Positions 59,583-64,000 of a stretch of DNA of 64,000 bases are shown here, piece after piece. The notes under the pieces are model-generated. The model ran no database searches. It was not told where the DNA came from and saw nothing but the letters and a program-made list of their open reading frames with translations. Every line of letters starts with the position of its first letter. Position 1 is the stretch's first letter. Source of the DNA: a candidate division FCPU426 bacterium (GTDB lineage: Bacteria > Oederibacteriota > Muellerivitia > Muellerivitales > Muellerivitaceae); assembly GCA_963796105.1 (NCBI GenBank), contig CAWCKJ010000004.1:320001-384000 (forward strand). Reading direction: 5' to 3'. Both the position numbers and the translations under genes were made by a program.

Positions 59583-60887
59583 TTATAGGCCCTCGACCGT
59601 GATCTCGACCCTGCGGTTCTGAGCCATGTTTTTCTCGTTGTCGTTCGGGGCCACCGGGGACTTGCGGCCATGACCCTGGATATCAAAGAGCGAGTTTTTC
59701 GCCCCATGGTAAAGCAGGAATTCCTGGACCGTCGCGGCCCGGCGCTCGGATAGGGCCTTGTTGAAATCATCCGTCCCCCGGATGTCGCAATAACCGTCGA
59801 TCTTTACCTTGATATTCTTGTTCCAGGTCAGGAACTCCCCAAGGGTCCTGAGGTATTGCAGGTCGGAGGGGCTTAAATCCGATTTCCGGTAGTCAAAATG
59901 GATGATTCCCTTTTTCTTGACCACCACTTTCGGGTCCAGGCCGTTCTCCAGGTTGATGCGGCCCATGCTGTCCCTGGAATCGGTGTTCCCGCAGTTGGCT
60001 CCCTGCAGGTACCACTTAAGGGCCTGCTTCTCGTCCTTGTCGGTCCCCTCGCCCGTGTGGTACATGAACCCCAGGTTGTTGGCGGCGTTGGCGTTACCCT
60101 CCACCGCGGCCTTCTCGTAGCACTCCCGGGCTTTTTGGTCGTTCTTCACCACTCCCAAGCCGTGCTGGTAGAGCCAGCCCATGTCGTTTTGCGCGTCCGC
60201 CTCCCCCAATTCCAGAGCCCTTTTGTAATGACTCAAGGATGTCGCGTAGTTCTTCGTGACGCCCCAGCCCTCCTGGTAGGCCTTCCCCAGGGCCTCTTCC
60301 GCCGCCGCGTCGTTTTTCGGAGCCGCTTGCTTGAACCATTTCACGGCCTCATTGTAATTATGGGGAACGCCATATCCCATCTCGTAAACCATGCCGATAT
60401 TGCGAAGGGCCGTAATGAAACCATTGTCCGCCGATTTGTGGTACCAGCTTAAGGCTTGGGCGTAATCGGTTTTCATCCCCCAGCCGTGCGCGTTCAGCTC
60501 CCCCAGGACGTTTTGGGCCTCGGCATCATTGCCATCAGCGGCCTTTTTCAATTGCTCGATGAAATCCGCCTGGTCCGCCAGGACGATCAAGTGGCTCCAG
60601 CCCCGGTTGTTCCCCTTATCGGCGGCCCGGCTGAAATACTTGCTTCCCAGCAGGGTGTTTTTATCCACGCCCAGGCCCTTCGACAGGACCCATCCCGAAT
60701 AATCCAGAAGTTTCGGGTCGCCCGTCTTGAGCGCCCTGGCAATCAAGGCCTTCGCCTGAGGCTTGGTGATATGGTTGAATGCTTCCAACCCGTCCCCCGA
60801 TTCCTGGATGGAGCCGGACGCGAAGCCCGCCGCTGCCGCGAGGATAAGCCCGGCCCAAAGGGCCGGGTTGATGTTTTTCTTTTTCAT
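59583..60887 (-). CDS. Secreted Sel1-repeat protein with C-terminal OmpA-like peptidoglycan-binding domain
   Basis: Signal peptide; AQNVLG..A.GWG..DY.QA..WY.KSA-type repeats; IHFDY...DGYCD.RG...N.ALSERRA...NRRVE. Confidence 0.92.
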   Translation of the reverse strand: MKKKNINPALWAGLILAAAAGFASGSIQESGDGLEAFNHITKPQAKALIARALKTGDPKLLDYSGWVLSKGLGVDKNTLLGSKYFSRAADKGNNRGWSHLIVLADQADFIEQLKKAADGNDAEAQNVLGELNAHGWGMKTDYAQALSWYHKSADNGFITALRNIGMVYEMGYGVPHNYNEAVKWFKQAAPKNDAAAEEALGKAYQEGWGVTKNYATSLSHYKRALELGEADAQNDMGWLYQHGLGVVKNDQKARECYEKAAVEGNANAANNLGFMYHTGEGTDKDEKQALKWYLQGANCGNTDSRDSMGRINLENGLDPKVVVKKKGIIHFDYRKSDLSPSDLQYLRTLGEFLTWNKNIKVKIDGYCDIRGTDDFNKALSERRAATVQEFLLYHGAKNSLFDIQGHGRKSPVAPNDNEKNMAQNRRVEITVEGL

Positions 60888-60900
60888 GAAACTCTCCGTT

Positions 60901-63900
60901 TTATAGATTGAAGTGAATTTCCCCGCCGAAGGCCTGGGAATCGAAGTTGGTGCGGCCGAAGTCTCCCTGATAACGGATGGTGAAATTCAACCCGTTCTTC
61001 CACTGGAGGCCCAATCCGCCGCCCACCTGGAACCCGCTCTGGCCGATCTTGGAACCTAGCACCGTGAAGGGGCTCCCCCCGATGTTGGAAGTCACCTCTC
61101 CGCCCTGGTAGTCGAACTCATTCAACCAGGTCGCGGTCACCACCGGCAGGAAGTTGACATCCCGGCTGAGGGGAATATCGCCCGCAGCGCGGCCGCCCAA
61201 GTTGCTGGCAAAGGAATTATCACCCTGGTTCCCGTAACTCAAGTTGGAAGAGGACCCCGTTTCCTGGAACGCGTTCACATCCACATGCGTGTGCTGGATG
61301 GAACCCACGGGACCCAAGGTCCAATTTCCGGTTTGGGTCTGGTATCCCACGCCCAACTCGCCGGAATACATGCCCCCATTGGTGTTGCCCGCCGCTGTTC
61401 CGCCGAAGGCGATCCTCTGGCTGTCATAGGCGTCATAGCCCACCTCGCCTAAAAACTGGGCGAAGAAGCCTTCGGACTTGATCAAGCCGTAGAGGCCCAA
61501 TTGGCCTCCGTTGATGGCCAAGTGGCTTCCGCCGGTGGCGGTGATATTCGCGCTCTGGTTGCCCGCCAGAAGGCCGACCGCCAGGTCCCTGCTGAACTGG
61601 TAATCCACGCCGGCCGCGGTCAAGCCGCCGTAGGTGGCCTTGTAGCCCTCGCCGTTCCCGTCGCCGGTCACGTTCAGGTTTCCACCGTCGCCGCTGATGA
61701 ATCCGCCCCAGCGCTCCTCATCCTTGATTCGCGAGCTGTGGCGCGCCATTTCCAATTCGACTTCAGCAGGCAAGGTGCCGGCGAACATCTTGGAACTATC
61801 GATGCCCGCCAAATTGTTTCCACCGCCGAACCCGCCCTGGCCCGCCAGGAAGCTCGACAACCTGCTTCCCAAGGCCCCGGCCTGGAGTTCCGCCAAGCGG
61901 AAGTTCACCGTGTAAAGGGCCGCCATATTGGAGGGTGAGATCAGATCGTAAGCGTGCGGATATTGTCCCGCCGTCAAGGTCCCTAATTCCGCCATGAGCC
62001 CAGTCACCGCCTGGCTTCCGTAGAGGCCGTCCAACTCATCCGCCACGGAAATCTGGTTGTGCGTCTTGGAAAGGTCCGTAAAGGAAGCCGGCATGGCCTC
62101 CAGCACTACCTCGTGGGCCAAGTAAACCGGATATAACCTTAATCCCGTGAAGGACTCATCGATGGTTGAGAACTGGCCCGTCAACACTCCGCCCGTTCCC
62201 GCTACCGTGAAGCCCTCGCCGATGGTGGGCGTAAACCCGTCATAAGAGGTGACTTGGAGCGTTCCCGCCATGGCCGCGGTCCCTCCGATGACCAGATGGT
62301 CGTATTGCGTCAGGAGAGTTCCGCCCAACCCGAGGCTTAACGCCGCGGTGGCTGACTGGCTGTAATTCTTGCCCACCAGGATCAAGTGGTTGATCCCGTC
62401 TGTGGAAAGAGTACCGCCGTTCAGGGCCAAGCTTCCTGTACCCAGCGCGGAGCTGGAAGCGATCACCAAATTCCCGTCTTCCATGTCCGTCCCGCCGCTG
62501 TAGTTGTCCGAGCCGGAAAGAGTCAAGGTGCCCGTGCCCAGCTTGGTCAGGGAGCCTCCCATTCCGCCGGAGAGTCCTCCGTCCAGGATACTTCCGGAAA
62601 GGGCCATATCGGTGTTATTGATGCCCAATCCCAGGTTTTCCGCGCCCAGGTAGATGTTTCCGGCCCCGTTGATGGAGCCCACCGTGACGCCTGTTGAGGA
62701 GCCGCTGATGTCAAACACGCTGCTGACAGCCTGGTTGAACACCGCGTTGCCGCCCAAGGCCGTTCCGGAGAAGGCCACCAGGGAGCCGCTATTGCCGGTG
62801 ATTGTGGCAGAGGCCGCCGTCGAATCTTTCTCGAAGAGAAGGTCCCCGCTGTTGTTGATATTGGCGTACGCCGCGGAGGCGATTGCCGTTGACGTCGCGG
62901 TTTTGGCCTCGACGATTTGGTTTCCAAACTGGACCAACCCGCCGTCCGCGTTCGAGATGGCCGCTTGATCAGCGCTGGAGGCGTTGAAGAAGTAAAGCGA
63001 GGCGCCTCCCTCGTTGGTGATCGAGGCGCTGCCCGCGTCGGAATTGCCGTTGAACACCACCACCCCGTTGTTATCGTTCACGATGGTGGCGCTTCCCGCG
63101 TTGGCGTTGTTATTGAAGCCGACGGAGCCCTGGTTTTGGATGTCGGATTTGCCCGCAGTGGAGTCGTCGTTGAACTCCAGGGTGCCGCCCGACAAGCCGT
63201 TGGAATCGTTGTTAATGGTCGCGCTTCCCGCCGTTGCGTTGCCGGAGAACTGGATGTAACCGTTCCCGTCGGCAAGGTTGTTGATCACGGAATTTTGCGC
63301 CGAGGCACTCCCGTAGAAATAGAGCCGCCCGCCGTTGTTGTTGATCGTGGCGGTGCCCGCCTGGGCGCTGTCCTTGAAATCAACTTCCCCGTTCATGGTG
63401 TTGTCGAGCAGGGCGTTCCCGGCCGTCGAGTTGTCCTGGAACAAGGTGTATCCGTTGTTCTCGATGGTCAACCCGCCCGCGTTCTTGAAGTCGAAGAAAT
63501 CCAGCGACCCCAAACTGCCAACCGTCACCCAGTTGGAGGTCCCGAGGGTCCCGTTGGTGTCGACATCCAGCCAGCCGCTGGTGACAGTCGTTCCTCCGGT
63601 GTAATTGTTCGTCCCCCGCAAGATGAGGCCTGATTCCGTATCACCGACCTTCTCCAAACCGGAGGTGCCGTTGATGGAACCGCTGAAATCACCCATCTGC
63701 ACTTGCAGGGTGGATGGGCCGCCGAACAGCGTGACCGAACCCAGGCCGTACAAGCCGCCCAAGTAAACCGAGGTGCTGCCGGTCACGGAATCCGAACCGT
63801 CCATGCCAGCCTGCACATTGAAGTAGGAATTCGAGTCAATCAGGTCTAAGGACCCCATGGATACGGACGCGTTTCCGGCCGTCCCGTCAGTACCCCAAAC

Positions 63901-64000
63901 CGATCCTCCGCCGCCGCTGCCGCCATTGCCAGCCAGTACGTTGATAGAGGAAGAGTTGTTCAAGGAAACCGATCCAGTCATCAAGGAGGCGTTCCCGCCG
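60901..64000 (-). CDS. Autotransporter (5' end beyond the window)
   Basis: Frame open to the window edge; AGxATIxN beta-helix repeats, PATR motifs (NNYTGGTTV, LTKLGTGTLTLSG), C-terminal barrel ending GEIHFNL. Confidence 0.9.
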   Translation of the reverse strand, partial: GGNASLMTGSVSLNNSSSINVLAGNGGSGGGGSVWGTDGTAGNASVSMGSLDLIDSNSYFNVQAGMDGSDSVTGSTSVYLGGLYGLGSVTLFGGPSTLQVQMGDFSGSINGTSGLEKVGDTESGLILRGTNNYTGGTTVTSGWLDVDTNGTLGTSNWVTVGSLGSLDFFDFKNAGGLTIENNGYTLFQDNSTAGNALLDNTMNGEVDFKDSAQAGTATINNNGGRLYFYGSASAQNSVINNLADGNGYIQFSGNATAGSATINNDSNGLSGGTLEFNDDSTAGKSDIQNQGSVGFNNNANAGSATIVNDNNGVVVFNGNSDAGSASITNEGGASLYFFNASSADQAAISNADGGLVQFGNQIVEAKTATSTAIASAAYANINNSGDLLFEKDSTAASATITGNSGSLVAFSGTALGGNAVFNQAVSSVFDISGSSTGVTVGSINGAGNIYLGAENLGLGINNTDMALSGSILDGGLSGGMGGSLTKLGTGTLTLSGSDNYSGGTDMEDGNLVIASSSALGTGSLALNGGTLSTDGINHLILVGKNYSQSATAALSLGLGGTLLTQYDHLVIGGTAAMAGTLQVTSYDGFTPTIGEGFTVAGTGGVLTGQFSTIDESFTGLRLYPVYLAHEVVLEAMPASFTDLSKTHNQISVADELDGLYGSQAVTGLMAELGTLTAGQYPHAYDLISPSNMAALYTVNFRLAELQAGALGSRLSSFLAGQGGFGGGNNLAGIDSSKMFAGTLPAEVELEMARHSSRIKDEERWGGFISGDGGNLNVTGDGNGEGYKATYGGLTAAGVDYQFSRDLAVGLLAGNQSANITATGGSHLAINGGQLGLYGLIKSEGFFAQFLGEVGYDAYDSQRIAFGGTAAGNTNGGMYSGELGVGYQTQTGNWTLGPVGSIQHTHVDVNAFQETGSSSNLSYGNQGDNSFASNLGGRAAGDIPLSRDVNFLPVVTATWLNEFDYQGGEVTSNIGGSPFTVLGSKIGQSGFQVGGGLGLQWKNGLNFTIRYQGDFGRTNFDSQAFGGEIHFNL

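Noticed and set aside
122..63633. Numerous plus-strand and alternate-frame ORFs in the track (e.g. 1411-2055, 10099-10800, 43195-43926, 47478-48212, 51998-52798)
   Set aside because: They are shadows of well-supported minus-strand genes and carry no recognisable motifs.

Overview
Bacterial chromosomal window, almost entirely minus-strand genes, from a diderm organism with Firmicutes-like core synteny. The first ~29 kb is housekeeping: lepA-lepB-hemW-hrcA-grpE-dnaK and dxr-rseP-sucCD...ispG-proS...polC-rimP-nusA-infB. It includes a PolC without the DEDDh exonuclease insert, and single-base homopolymer frameshifts in polC and in a GT4 gene. The 29-50 kb segment is a carbohydrate/envelope locus: an operon of three SLH/coiled-coil/beta-barrel (OmpM-like) proteins with three paralogous carbohydrate-binding-like lipoproteins, an RlmD methyltransferase fused through a transmembrane helix to a glycoside-hydrolase-like domain, a LacI regulator, and a secreted glycoside hydrolase with a T9SS-like tail (a second such hydrolase lies at 12.9-15.4 kb). 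The last 14 kb carries DPSL ferritin-mntH-usp, two autotransporters and a Sel1-OmpA protein. It also has unexplained non-coding arrays: ~22-bp-period CCT-N6-AGG units at two loci and a 53-bp G-tract tandem repeat. I recognised no tRNA, rRNA, CRISPR array or transposase. Family assignments come from reading motifs by eye, not from database searches.
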